Of a stretch of DNA of 64,000 bases, positions 42,455-52,194 are shown piece after piece. The DNA lies in assembly GCA_963744145.1 (NCBI GenBank), contig CAVUSO010000001.1, forward strand, positions 3,328,001 to 3,392,000, given 5' to 3'. Position 1 is the first letter of the stretch. The number at the start of each line of letters is the position of its first letter. The notes under the pieces are model-generated. The model saw only the letters and a list, made by a program, of their open reading frames with translations. It was not told where the DNA came from and did not search any database. The position numbers and the translations under genes were made by a program. This stretch comes from an uncultured cyanobacterium (GTDB lineage Bacteria > Cyanobacteriota > Cyanobacteriia > Cyanobacteriales > CAWUOF01).

Positions 42455-44062
42455 TGTGGGAAGCTCAGGTTCTTTAGACCGTTCGACTACGCTCACTTAG
42501 AGCCTGAGAGGGAAACGACCCAAGTGGTTTTAACCACCAGAGAATATTTCTTAATCTTACCATTGCTTTTGTAGAAAAGACTTACTTTTTTCTCGACATT
42601 AAGCTATGATGTATATAGAGAAAGGAAAGTAATCAAATGGTCAAAAAAAAGAAAACAGAAAAGAAGCCCCGTAGGGGGCGTATTGCAATACGCCCGTACT
42701 TAGGTGTTCAGCAAAATTTAATTAATGCTGGTTCAGAGTTAAAAGCAATTCTTGAATTTATTTGTTCAGAGTCCAATAAACTACACAATTGTGCTACCTA
42801 TTACGCTCGTCAAATCTGGTTCAAAACTCGCAGATTTGTAACGAAGTTTGAGATCGGGGCACACCTAATACAAACTAAAAATAGACATTTTTCTGCCCTA
42901 CCATCCGATGCCGCAACACAAACTTGTAATGCCGTAGGTGAGTCAATTAGTTCCTTCGCCAAATTACGAGAACTTTGGCTGAGTGGTCAACTCGAAACTA
43001 AACCCAACTTGCCCAATTATCGGAAAACAGGTGGCTATCAATTAATTGCCTATCCGAAACGATCGCTAAGGTTAATTGATGGAAAGATTAGATTTCCTTT
43101 AGGGTTGCAAATCAACGCTTGGTTTGGCATCAAAGAGTTTTTCCTACCAAAGCCAGTACGGGCGTATTGCAATACGCCCCTAGATTTTGAGTCTGTTAGA
43201 GAAGTCAGAATCCTCCCAAGAAATGGATGTTTTTATGCAGAGTTTGTCTACCCAAACTTAGTCGAAAAACCTGTTCTAGACCCAGCTAAATGCTTAGGGT
43301 TAGATCACGGTTTAAACAACTGGCTAACAGCCGTTAGTAATGTGGGCACAAGTTTTATTATTGATGGCAAACACTTAAAATCTGTTAACCAATGGTACAA
43401 CAAACAAATAGCCAAACTCAAAGCTGGTAAACCAGAGGGGTTTTGGTCTAATCGTCTGGCAGCAATGACTGAAAAACGAAACAGACAGATGAGGGATGCT
43501 ATCAACAAAGCGGCTCGGTTAGTGATAAACCATTGTTTGAATAATGGGATAGGAACTTTAGTATTTGGTTGGAATAAAGGACAAAAAGATAGCATTGAGT
43601 TAGGTAAGAAAACTAATCAGTACGGGCGTATTGCAATACGCCCCTACCAAATACCTACGGCTAGACTCAAAGCAAGACTTGAACAACTTGGTAAATTGTT
43701 CGGCATTAAGTTTGAAGAAACTGAAGAAAGCTACACAAGTAAAGCTAGTTTTTTAGACGCTGACCCCATGTACGGGCGTATTGCAATACGCCCCTACGAT
43801 GGTGAAAAACCTTTTATAATGGACAGCATCAGGAAAAAGAGTTAAACGAGGCTTGTATGTCAGTTCTAAAGGCATTCAAGTTAATGCCGATTGCAACGGT
43901 GCAGCTAATATTTTGAGAAAAGTAGCGGTGAATCTTGGGCTAGTCCTAAGTGAAATCAGTAGAGGTGTCTTGTACGCGCCTTTGAAGGGGCGTATTGCAA
44001 TACGCCCGTACAGACTCTGGACTATTCAAGAATCTCCGTGTCTTTAGACCTGAGAGTATCAA
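42455..44062 (+). mobile_element. IS200/IS605-family element carrying tnpB only (left end approximate)
   Basis: Subterminal TCTTTAGACC..TGAGAG at both ends; right end finishes TCAA at 44062. Confidence 0.8.
42637..44047 (+). pseudogene. tnpB: TnpB RNA-guided nuclease, frameshifted at ~43815, with five in-frame REP insertions
   Basis: LGLDHG, EESYTSKASFLD, NADCNGAANIL; WTASGKRVKRGLY continues in the shifted frame. Confidence 0.88.
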
Positions 44063-44093
44063 TGATCAACTCTTACCAATAAAAACTTACAAA

Positions 44094-44720
44094 TTGCAAC
44101 ATCATCCTTTAATTTTGGGAATTTCTGGAGCATCTGGTCTGATCTATGCTGTCCGTTCCCTGAAATTTTTATTGCAGGCAAATTATCCAATTGAGTTAGT
44201 CGCCTCGAAAGCAAGTTATTTGCTCTGGCAAAGTGAGTATGGGCTAAAAATGCCCGCCCAAATGCCTAAACAGGAGGAATTTTGGCGTCAACAAGCGGGT
44301 GTAGAAAATAGTGGTAAGCTGACCTGTCATTTTTGGCATAATGTGGGCGCTAATATTGCTAGTGGTTCCTTTCGCACACTGGGGATGATAGTGATTCCTT
44401 GCAGTATGAGTACAGTAGCTAAACTAGCAGTAGGGATGAGTTCTGATTTATTGGAACGAGCTGCTGATGTCCAACTCAAAGAAGGTCGTCCCTTGGTGAT
44501 TGTACCGCGCGAAACTCCCTTGAGTCTGATTCATCTCCGGAATTTGACTGCTTTAGCCGAAGCTGGTGCCCGAATTGTCCCAGCAATTCCTGCTTGGTAT
44601 CATCAACCCCAGACTATTGAGGATTTGGTCGATTTTGTGGTTGCTCGCGCTTTAGATCAGCTCAATATTGATTGTGTTCCCCTGCGTCGGTGGGAAGGAC
44701 TTGCTCCTGATGCTGATTAA
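44094..44720 (+). CDS. ubiX: Flavin prenyltransferase (start uncertain)
   Basis: GISGASG, IASGS, PCSM, LKE, PRETP motifs. Confidence 0.92.
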   Translation: MQHHPLILGISGASGLIYAVRSLKFLLQANYPIELVASKASYLLWQSEYGLKMPAQMPKQEEFWRQQAGVENSGKLTCHFWHNVGANIASGSFRTLGMIVIPCSMSTVAKLAVGMSSDLLERAADVQLKEGRPLVIVPRETPLSLIHLRNLTALAEAGARIVPAIPAWYHQPQTIEDLVDFVVARALDQLNIDCVPLRRWEGLAPDAD

Positions 44721-44786
44721 TGTTTGATTCTTTTCCGGTGAGCAAACCATCAGATTTAACTACTCAAGTTGAGAAAGGAGATTCTC

Positions 44787-45476
44787 ATGTCTAGTATGCG
44801 GATTGTGTTAATCATTACAGTGGTAGCGATCGCGGTTTTTTGTGCCCAGAATTGGCAAGAATCCATCACATTAGTGTTTTTGGGGATGCAAACGGTGCCA
44901 TTACCCCTAGGATTGTTAATTTTAATTTCGATGATTGCTGGTGGATGTACTTCCTTGCTGTTCTCTGGTTTGTTCCAACTCTCCAATTATTTGTCTGCTC
45001 GTGGGCGATCGCGCTTAGAAGAACCGCTACCATCGACCCCCCGGTCCACTATTTTTTCTGGAAATCGGGGTGGGAAAACTCCTTCATCCACTCCTCGCGA
45101 TCGGTCTAGCAATGATCCTCCCCCATTTTCACCACCAAATCGAGTCCAAGTAGATTTACCTAATCATCCCCAAGATGATGATGATGATTTTGAGGAGGAG
45201 CTTGAGTCAGAACATCCTCATCGTCAATCAGCAGAATTTCATCAAGAACCTACCAACTACGAAGTTACTCAAGCACCACAAGCTAGTTCTTGGTCTGGGT
45301 CAGTTTATTCTTTTAGTTACAAACAACCCACTGATTCAGCAGTGGGCAAAACCGAGTCTGTTTATGATGCAGATTATAAGGTGATTAAACCCCCAGTTAA
45401 ACCAATTGCTGAATCTGAGGACGATTGGGAACAGAAACCGAAAAAAACTGATCATGATGACGACGATTGGATCTAA
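44787..45476 (+). CDS. LapA-domain membrane protein with a disordered acidic tail
   Basis: TM-QN...L.FLG...LPLG-TM. Confidence 0.75.
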   Translation: MSSMRIVLIITVVAIAVFCAQNWQESITLVFLGMQTVPLPLGLLILISMIAGGCTSLLFSGLFQLSNYLSARGRSRLEEPLPSTPRSTIFSGNRGGKTPSSTPRDRSSNDPPPFSPPNRVQVDLPNHPQDDDDDFEEELESEHPHRQSAEFHQEPTNYEVTQAPQASSWSGSVYSFSYKQPTDSAVGKTESVYDADYKVIKPPVKPIAESEDDWEQKPKKTDHDDDDWI

Positions 45477-45591
45477 GACATTGAGCCATTTGGTGATCCA
45501 GACTGTTAGAGATGCTGCTCAATGTCAATCTTCTGATATTTACACCAATATTTAGCTCTCGGGAGATTTTCCTATATTAATCCTCGGATTT

Positions 45592-45846
45592 TTATTCAGC
45601 CGGGAAATTGTTGGTCGCTTCGTTTAGCAGAGCCCGCATATGTTCAGCTGCCACTCGAATATGCTGAATATATTCTCCTTGTTCCTCATCTTCTGCACTT
45701 TCTGAGTTAATAGCTTCGAGAAACTCAACCGATAGCAAAATCGTATTGAGACAAGTCCGAAATTCGTAGGACATTAAGTTATAAAAATGAGCTTTAAGTT
45801 TGGTAGATTCTTGTTCTTGTGTCATCTGGGCTTGCATGGAAATCAC
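45592..45846 (-). CDS. Small HisKA-like dimerisation-domain protein lacking the phospho-His
   Basis: MSYEFRTCLNTI resembles SHEFRTPL. Confidence 0.55.
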   Translation of the reverse strand: MISMQAQMTQEQESTKLKAHFYNLMSYEFRTCLNTILLSVEFLEAINSESAEDEEQGEYIQHIRVAAEHMRALLNEATNNFPAE

Positions 45847-46095
45847 TCAACTCGCTGATCCCAATATCCATTATTTTTGATGGGAAAGCAATGATTTCAA
45901 ACTGGCTGACAGGTGATGCTTATCTGTGATCTGATTGATGGAAAACTCTGAATTTATGTGACTGAGCGATCCCGATCAGGTGATTTTCAGCTCGGAGCTG
46001 GGATGACACAATCGAGTCCGGTAAGTGATCCAGATCATCGATTTTGGCCAATCAAAGTGGCAGACCGAAGTCTGCCCAACTACATTACTATTGTA

Positions 46096-46791
46096 TTAGT
46101 CCGATCTGCGGATTGCTTCTAAGATCCGAGAGAAATAAAACTTAGTGCTGGTCATTGCTTGACGCTGAACTGAAAAACCATTATTTTCCAGAATCTTCAC
46201 GATCTCAGCTTCGCGGTGCTGGTAAGCACGAGTGGTTTTACTTGGTCCTGGAAACAACTCACCAATTTTCTTGAGTATGCTTAAAGCGAAAGTTTTTGGT
46301 GCAAAGCTTAAAATCAAACGAGATTGGGATCGGGAACTAAGATGACTAATCATCTGGGCCATTTGCTGGTCTGGATAGTGGATCAGGACATCTAAACAAA
46401 TAACTGTATGATAACGACCACTCAAAGCTTCTAAATCCTGTGCCATGAAAGTCAGGTTATAATTAAACTTGCCTAAATTTGTCTGGGATCTAAGGTAAGC
46501 TTCTGCTACCATTTTCTCGGAAATATCACTACCGTAGACGATCGCCCCTAATTCTGCTAAAGGAATACTCAGACTACCCACTCCACACCCTGCATCACAA
46601 ATAGTCAGTCCCGGTAAATTTCCATCCGCGGTTAACCATCTGACCACTGTATCCACTGTCTGCTGATGTCCTTTGCGGATATCTCGTTGGACTTTACTTA
46701 CCTCTCCATCACCATAAATTCGTCGCCAACGCTCGAACCCCGTGGCGTTAAAGTAATCTTTGACAATGGTTTTATCGTCGAATCCGTTCAT
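46096..46791 (-). CDS. chlM: Mg-protoporphyrin IX methyltransferase
   Basis: GFERWRRIY, DAGCGVG, CLDVLIHYP motifs. Confidence 0.96.
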   Translation of the reverse strand: MNGFDDKTIVKDYFNATGFERWRRIYGDGEVSKVQRDIRKGHQQTVDTVVRWLTADGNLPGLTICDAGCGVGSLSIPLAELGAIVYGSDISEKMVAEAYLRSQTNLGKFNYNLTFMAQDLEALSGRYHTVICLDVLIHYPDQQMAQMISHLSSRSQSRLILSFAPKTFALSILKKIGELFPGPSKTTRAYQHREAEIVKILENNGFSVQRQAMTSTKFYFSRILEAIRRSD

Positions 46792-46960
46792 TAATTTCTC
46801 TCAATTTCCAATTCCCGATATTTTCATCATATTCCCTAACTGTCTGTTCTTGTTGTCACTAATGCTCAGATATTAAAAAAAAAGATCGGTATGTCAATTA
46901 CGATTAAGTTGTGATATATAATTCAGAAAGAAAAAAAATTCATCCTAGCAGGAAAAACTC

Positions 46961-47293
46961 ATGTCTGAATTTCACGATTTTTTGAAGTATCAATTTGCAT
47001 ACGTTGCAATTGGCGAATTTAAGGAAGGTAAATTTTCGGATGCAGAAAAACTTTTTGAAAAAGCTGTATCAACTTTTACCCAAGGTTTTAAAAGGGCTTA
47101 TCTACTGCAAGAACCAGGAACAGACAAAGGAATTGCCATAATTATATGGGATAGTAAAGAAGATATGGAAGCTAATAAAAGCGAAATGTATGACGCAATC
47201 TTAAAGGAAATGAATCCCTTATTTCTGAAGGCACCCGTGATCAATTGTTACGAAATCTTGAATGAAATTAGACCAAAAATTGGAGTAGAATAG
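46961..47293 (+). CDS. Antibiotic biosynthesis monooxygenase-like protein
   Basis: GF...YLL...IWDSKE pattern. Confidence 0.7.
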   Translation: MSEFHDFLKYQFAYVAIGEFKEGKFSDAEKLFEKAVSTFTQGFKRAYLLQEPGTDKGIAIIIWDSKEDMEANKSEMYDAILKEMNPLFLKAPVINCYEILNEIRPKIGVE

Positions 47294-47294
47294 T

Positions 47295-47320
47295 TTTGAT
47301 CTTAGTCGTCTAAGATCAAA
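47295..47320. terminator. Bidirectional hairpin between convergent genes
   Basis: TTTGATCTTAG-TCGT-CTAAGATCAAA. Confidence 0.55.
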
Positions 47321-47339
47321 GCATGAATTAGGAGCATAA

Positions 47340-48593
47340 TTAGCTAATTAGTGGGCAAGAAAATAATCTTTGCCAGTTGAGAGTTCGTGGGGATGACTTT
47401 AACTCCCAACGTAATAGTTGTGTAGCTGGTTGTCCCTTCGAGAGCCCAGGAAGACCGATGGCTCGTCTTGGTACTTCTGTCCCAAGCGCGATCGCTCTTC
47501 CTACTTCACAAATTCCCCATTTGACTAAATTCTGTATCCCCATTAATAGTGGTAAGGCTGTCCCAGCTAAGATCCCATTTTGTAACTTGGTATGATAGTC
47601 TAGTCTAATCCACGCTGTGCCGTCTTTCACTTCAATCTGTCGGGTGTCCCAAGGATAGGTCCCATCAGGTAGTCCTAAAGGTGCCAGTGCATCACTGACG
47701 AGAAAGACTCCTTGCTGATCCGAACTAGCACGTAAGAGTAAATTAATCATCATGGGATTAACGTGCTGTCCATCGGCAATTAAGCCACATTGCACTCCGG
47801 GATTGAGCATTGCTGCTGCTAATAAACCTGGTTCACGATGATGTAATGGGGGCATCGCATTAAAAGCATGGGTTACCATCGTCGCACCCAGATCAAATGC
47901 TTGCTGTGCTTGCAATTCGGTCGCCAGAGAATGTCCTAAACTAACAATAATTCCCTGCGATCGCAAATAAGGAATTACTTCTGAGTGGGGAGCTAACTCT
48001 GGTGCTAAGGTAATAATTTTAATAATCTTGAGATAATCTCCACAAACTCGCTTGACATTTTCTAGCGTCAGTGGTAAAAGATATCTTTCTGGATGAGCGC
48101 CACGTTTATCAAAATTAATAAAAGGACCTTCAAGATGAACTCCCAGAATATTTGCGGTTGGGGTTGGTTGGAGTCGGTGAGCTGAAGTATGGATAAAATT
48201 AGCGAGGATACTGAGGGATCGGTGAATATTCTCGACAGAAGTTGTGACCAAAGTTGGCAAAAATCCATCCACTCCTTGGTTCCATAACAATTGACAGATT
48301 TCCTGTAACCGAGAAAAATTGGCGGAATTGAGATCTGTAAAAGCTAGACCCAAGGCTCCATTAATTTGTAAATCAACACCACCTAAAGAAATCCAGTCTC
48401 CTTCCACATCGATCACCTCAACATCGGTGGAGACTAACTGAGTTATGGGCTCAATAGCTTGAATTATGCCCTGACAAATCAAAATCTGGTGTAAACCTGG
48501 CACAGTAGGTAAGCGAGCGTTGATAATATTTAGCGGTGCAGTTGGAGTGGGAATACTTGGCTCTGTCATCATTTTTAATTTTTCTGTCAACAT
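47340..48593 (-). CDS. nagA: N-acetylglucosamine-6-phosphate deacetylase
   Basis: HLEGPF, GAH, TLAPE, GHS, THAFNAM, IADG.H motifs. Confidence 0.93.
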   Translation of the reverse strand: MLTEKLKMMTEPSIPTPTAPLNIINARLPTVPGLHQILICQGIIQAIEPITQLVSTDVEVIDVEGDWISLGGVDLQINGALGLAFTDLNSANFSRLQEICQLLWNQGVDGFLPTLVTTSVENIHRSLSILANFIHTSAHRLQPTPTANILGVHLEGPFINFDKRGAHPERYLLPLTLENVKRVCGDYLKIIKIITLAPELAPHSEVIPYLRSQGIIVSLGHSLATELQAQQAFDLGATMVTHAFNAMPPLHHREPGLLAAAMLNPGVQCGLIADGQHVNPMMINLLLRASSDQQGVFLVSDALAPLGLPDGTYPWDTRQIEVKDGTAWIRLDYHTKLQNGILAGTALPLLMGIQNLVKWGICEVGRAIALGTEVPRRAIGLPGLSKGQPATQLLRWELKSSPRTLNWQRLFSCPLIS

Positions 48594-48654
48594 GAATATT
48601 GTGGATGAAGATCACCTAAAATTTAAAGTCTGCCTTGATAATTAATTACTACAG

Positions 48655-49170
48655 ATGGTTCAAGCATTAATTGGTATTATTATGGGAAGCGATTCCGATT
48701 TGCCAACCATGAAAGAAGCGATCGCGGTAGCTGAAAATTTTCAGGTACCTTGGGAAGTTGCCATTGTTTCTGCCCATCGAACTCCTCAACGCATGGTAGA
48801 ATATGCTGAACAAGCTTGTGAGCGGGGCTTAAAAGTAATTATTGCTGGAGCTGGAGGTGCAGCACATTTACCAGGGATGGTAGCTGCTTTGACGCCTTTA
48901 CCAGTGATTGGAGTTCCCGTACCTAGTCGTTATTTACAAGGAATGGATTCTCTCTATTCCATTGTCCAAATGCCCGCAGGTATCCCAGTTGCGACTGTGG
49001 CGATCGGTAATGCTCAGAATGCTGGTTTACTAGCGATCCAAATCTTAGCAACTTATCGGCCAGAATTATTGGAGCGCGTACAGCAATATCGACGGGATTT
49101 AGCCCAATCTGTGCTTGATAAACAAACCCGTCTGGAAAACTTAGGTTATCAAGACTACCATCAGATTTAA
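48655..49170 (+). CDS. purE: N5-CAIR mutase
   Basis: [21 protein letters not shown] motifs. Confidence 0.97.
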   Translation: MVQALIGIIMGSDSDLPTMKEAIAVAENFQVPWEVAIVSAHRTPQRMVEYAEQACERGLKVIIAGAGGAAHLPGMVAALTPLPVIGVPVPSRYLQGMDSLYSIVQMPAGIPVATVAIGNAQNAGLLAIQILATYRPELLERVQQYRRDLAQSVLDKQTRLENLGYQDYHQI

Positions 49171-49574
49171 CAATGGGGACTCTTATTCCAGATCCTTTCT
49201 AACATTTCAATTTGTTCTTGGAGACTAGCTGTTTGTGGATAGCGATTTTTTTTGGCTCGCGATCGACTGAACATATAGCCCATCACTGTGGCACCAATCA
49301 CAATGGTGATCAAAATTTGATTAATCTGTCCGAGCTGGTTTTCTTGACTAGGTTGGATATTGCTCTGAGGTAGTTTTTGGGGTAGTAATAATTGCGGTTG
49401 AGTACATTGTTTACTATTAGCATTATTATTGCTGCTTAATTCATTTACCCAATTCTGCGCTTCCAGGGAATTGCTTTGGTTTTCTACATTAGTAGCGATC
49501 GCGGGTGTTCCGATGGATAACAATCCTACCGTTGCCAAGCAAACATTTAAACAATTTAGCAGTTTGATTTTCAT
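49167..49574 (-). CDS. Hypothetical secreted/membrane-anchored protein
   Basis: Signal peptide and a C-terminal TM helix followed by basic residues. Confidence 0.6.
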   Translation of the reverse strand: MKIKLLNCLNVCLATVGLLSIGTPAIATNVENQSNSLEAQNWVNELSSNNNANSKQCTQPQLLLPQKLPQSNIQPSQENQLGQINQILITIVIGATVMGYMFSRSRAKKNRYPQTASLQEQIEMLERIWNKSPHC

Positions 49575-50087
49575 AGTTAATTGAGTAGATGATAATTATT
49601 TGGCGTAATTAATAAGAGCCTTTAAACGGTGATATTTGGAAAACCAATCACTTATTTTTGAGTAAATCACATATGTTTTCCTGACCAAAATTTTCTAGAT
49701 TTTCTTAATATTAAATTTTCAGTATAACCAGTTAAGGCGGGACATGATTGCTAGGTAAGGATTGGACTATGCTCATCCAGGTGTTTTGACTTACTGGTTT
49801 TACGGTTTTTGTGAATACTCCTATTGGTAAATTGGCATATATATTTTACTACATTAATGATAAATATAATTTTCAGGTTTGTCAAGCCAGTCAATCATTT
49901 GCTGATCGCTGACCAAAATTTGCTTGGGCGATCGCCGGACTAAACTTAACAAAAATAAACAAATATTTATATAGCTTTACATTTGGGGAAATTTTTTTGG
50001 TTGAGCAGAAACTAATAACAAATTTATCGGTGATAATTTGATATTTTTGACAGTTGCTAAAATGCCAATTTTTGAATTTCGAGAACC

Positions 50088-50125
50088 TTTAAGCATCTTT
50101 AAGCATCTTTAAGCATCTTTAAGCA
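50088..50125. repeat. 10-bp tandem repeat (TTTAAGCATC, about 3.8 copies)
   Basis: Seen directly upstream of amt. Confidence 0.8.
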
Positions 50126-50256
50126 AAATTTAGAATTGTGTAAAAAGTGAACAATAAGGTTAGCAAACCACTTCAGTAAAGCGACCTGAACTTGATCAAC
50201 AAAAATCAATTTATTAGGGGTGAGGGGTTTCACCCCCTATAGTTTAAATGGGTTTA

Positions 50257-50272
50257 TGTAACTTCTGATACA
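50257..50272 (+). promoter_or_regulatory. NtcA binding site upstream of amt
   Basis: TGTA-ACTTCTGA-TACA = GTA-N8-TAC, about 63 bp before the likely amt start. Confidence 0.8.
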
Positions 50273-50334
50273 GAATTACCTTGAATAGAATTGCTGCAAT
50301 TCAATGTCACATATGTAAAAATTTGTATGCAACG

Positions 50335-51921
50335 ATGGAAGAACAAAAACGATTGTTGAAAAAAATTCTGATGACCGGGGTCCTGGCACTATGGCTAGTA
50401 GTATGCCCACTGATGGGTCAAGCGATGGCTCAAGACCAACCGGCGACAGCGACTCCCAGTCCCGCAGTAGTTAGCCCTTCACCGACAGGAGCAACACCAA
50501 CACCAGGAGCTTTACCTAATGCTCCGATCGTACCAACACCAGGAGCAACAGCGACACCAGGAGCAGCACCAGCAGCAGGAGAAACCCCTGCGGCACCACC
50601 AGGAACACCAGCACCTCCCAAAATCGATACAGGTGATACAGCTTGGATGCTAGTTTCCTCAGCCCTGGTGCTATTAATGACCCCTGGTCTGGCATTTTTC
50701 TACGGAGGACTGGTGCGATCGCGCAATGTGCTCAACACCATGATGATGAGTTTAATCCTCATGGCCTTAGTAGGAGTTACTTGGGTACTATGGGGTTATA
50801 GCCTATCCTTTGCAGTTACAGTTCCAGCGAACCCCCCTGATTCGTGGTTTGGGGAAGGAATAGAAAAATTCATAGGTAACTTGAACTGGATATTTTTAAA
50901 CAGCGTAACTGCGGATAAACCAGATATTGTGGGTTACGCACCGACGATTCCTCATCAGGTTTACATGGTCTACCAGATGATGTTTGCGATCATCACCCCA
51001 GCGTTAATTTCCGGGGCGATCGTCGAGCGGGTCAGCTTTAAAGCATATTTCTGGTTTATCATTCTTTGGTCTACCTTTATCTACTGCCCCTTAGCCCACT
51101 GGGTTTGGGGTAAAGGTTGGCTGAACGCGATGGGAGCTTTGGACTTTGCGGGTGGAACCGTTGTGCATATTAGTTCCGGTGTTTCTGCGTTAGTCGCCGC
51201 TTGGGTAATTGGTTCGCGGAAAAGCTTTATGGTCAAACCCGCAGCACCCCATAACGTGCCCTATGTTTTACTAGGAATCGGACTACTGTGGTTTGGTTGG
51301 TTCGGGTTTAATGGTGGTAGTGCTTTAGCATCAGGTGCTTTAGCGACCGTTGCTTTTGTGGCGACAATGATTGCTACTGCTTCGGCTGGTTTAACCTGGG
51401 TAATTATTGAATGGGTACTCAGAGGTAAACCAACCGCAGTTGGGATCGCGAGCGGATTTCTGGCTGGATTAGTTGGTATTACTCCAGCCGCAGGTTTTGT
51501 CAATCCGATTGGGGCAATTCTGGTAGGTTCTCTGACCTCTGTTGCTTGCTTCTTTGCCGTTAGTATCAGAGCCAAATTACAGTTTGATGACTCGCTTGAT
51601 ACCTACCCGGTTCACGGTGTTGGTGGTACAGTCGGGGCAATCCTTACAGGTGTTTTTGCCACCAAAGCAGTTAATAGCGCTGGTGCTGATGGTTTGATTG
51701 CTGGTAATCCTGGTCAAGTAGGTATCCAACTAGCTGGTGTGGTAGCAACCTATATCATTGCTGCAATTGGCACTTTTATTATCCTTAAGGTCTTAGCAGC
51801 ATTTATGGATTTGCGTGTCAAATCTGAGGCTGAAGACCAAGGGTTAGATATCAATGAGCATGGTGAAGAAGGTTATGGTGAAGAATTTACTTCGGGTTTC
51901 AGTTTTTCTAAGGAATCATAA
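50335..51921 (+). CDS. amt: Ammonium transporter with a Pro/Thr/Ala-rich N-terminal extension
   Basis: DTAW, MTPGLAFFYGG, DFAGG.VVH, WFGWFGFNGGS motifs. Confidence 0.95.
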   Translation: MEEQKRLLKKILMTGVLALWLVVCPLMGQAMAQDQPATATPSPAVVSPSPTGATPTPGALPNAPIVPTPGATATPGAAPAAGETPAAPPGTPAPPKIDTGDTAWMLVSSALVLLMTPGLAFFYGGLVRSRNVLNTMMMSLILMALVGVTWVLWGYSLSFAVTVPANPPDSWFGEGIEKFIGNLNWIFLNSVTADKPDIVGYAPTIPHQVYMVYQMMFAIITPALISGAIVERVSFKAYFWFIILWSTFIYCPLAHWVWGKGWLNAMGALDFAGGTVVHISSGVSALVAAWVIGSRKSFMVKPAAPHNVPYVLLGIGLLWFGWFGFNGGSALASGALATVAFVATMIATASAGLTWVIIEWVLRGKPTAVGIASGFLAGLVGITPAAGFVNPIGAILVGSLTSVACFFAVSIRAKLQFDDSLDTYPVHGVGGTVGAILTGVFATKAVNSAGADGLIAGNPGQVGIQLAGVVATYIIAAIGTFIILKVLAAFMDLRVKSEAEDQGLDINEHGEEGYGEEFTSGFSFSKES

Positions 51922-51971
51922 TTCCTCAATTTTCCTGTGAAAAACTGTACTTAAGATCAAATTCAACTTAG

Positions 51972-52008
51972 TCCACTGATTAGTTAGCTGATCAGTGGAT
52001 TTCTTTTG
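51972..52008 (+). terminator. Rho-independent terminator after amt
   Basis: TCCACTGAT...ATCAGTGGA followed by TTTCTTTT. Confidence 0.65.
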
Positions 52009-52194
52009 GAGGAGAACGAACAGCAATTTAAGCAATTATTTTTCTGCTCAGAGTTAATGATTATTTATCCAGCGGTTAAGATTGGCTTGCTCGCATTTAT
52101 TTCAACAGAGTAACATTAAATCCCCAGAAGTATAGTTTTATTAATTGAGTATGACAGTAGCTCTTGAACAAGCCCATCTAATCAACTAGTATCT

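Noticed and set aside
42671..44011. Palindromic repeats in tnpB read as a CRISPR array for a Cas12-like gene
   Set aside because: Spacing is irregular (about 150-490 bp) and the intervening DNA is continuous tnpB coding sequence.
43995..44093. N-terminal extension of ubiX in the ORF track
   Set aside because: It derives from the REP and the IS right end; UbiX homology starts at about 44094.
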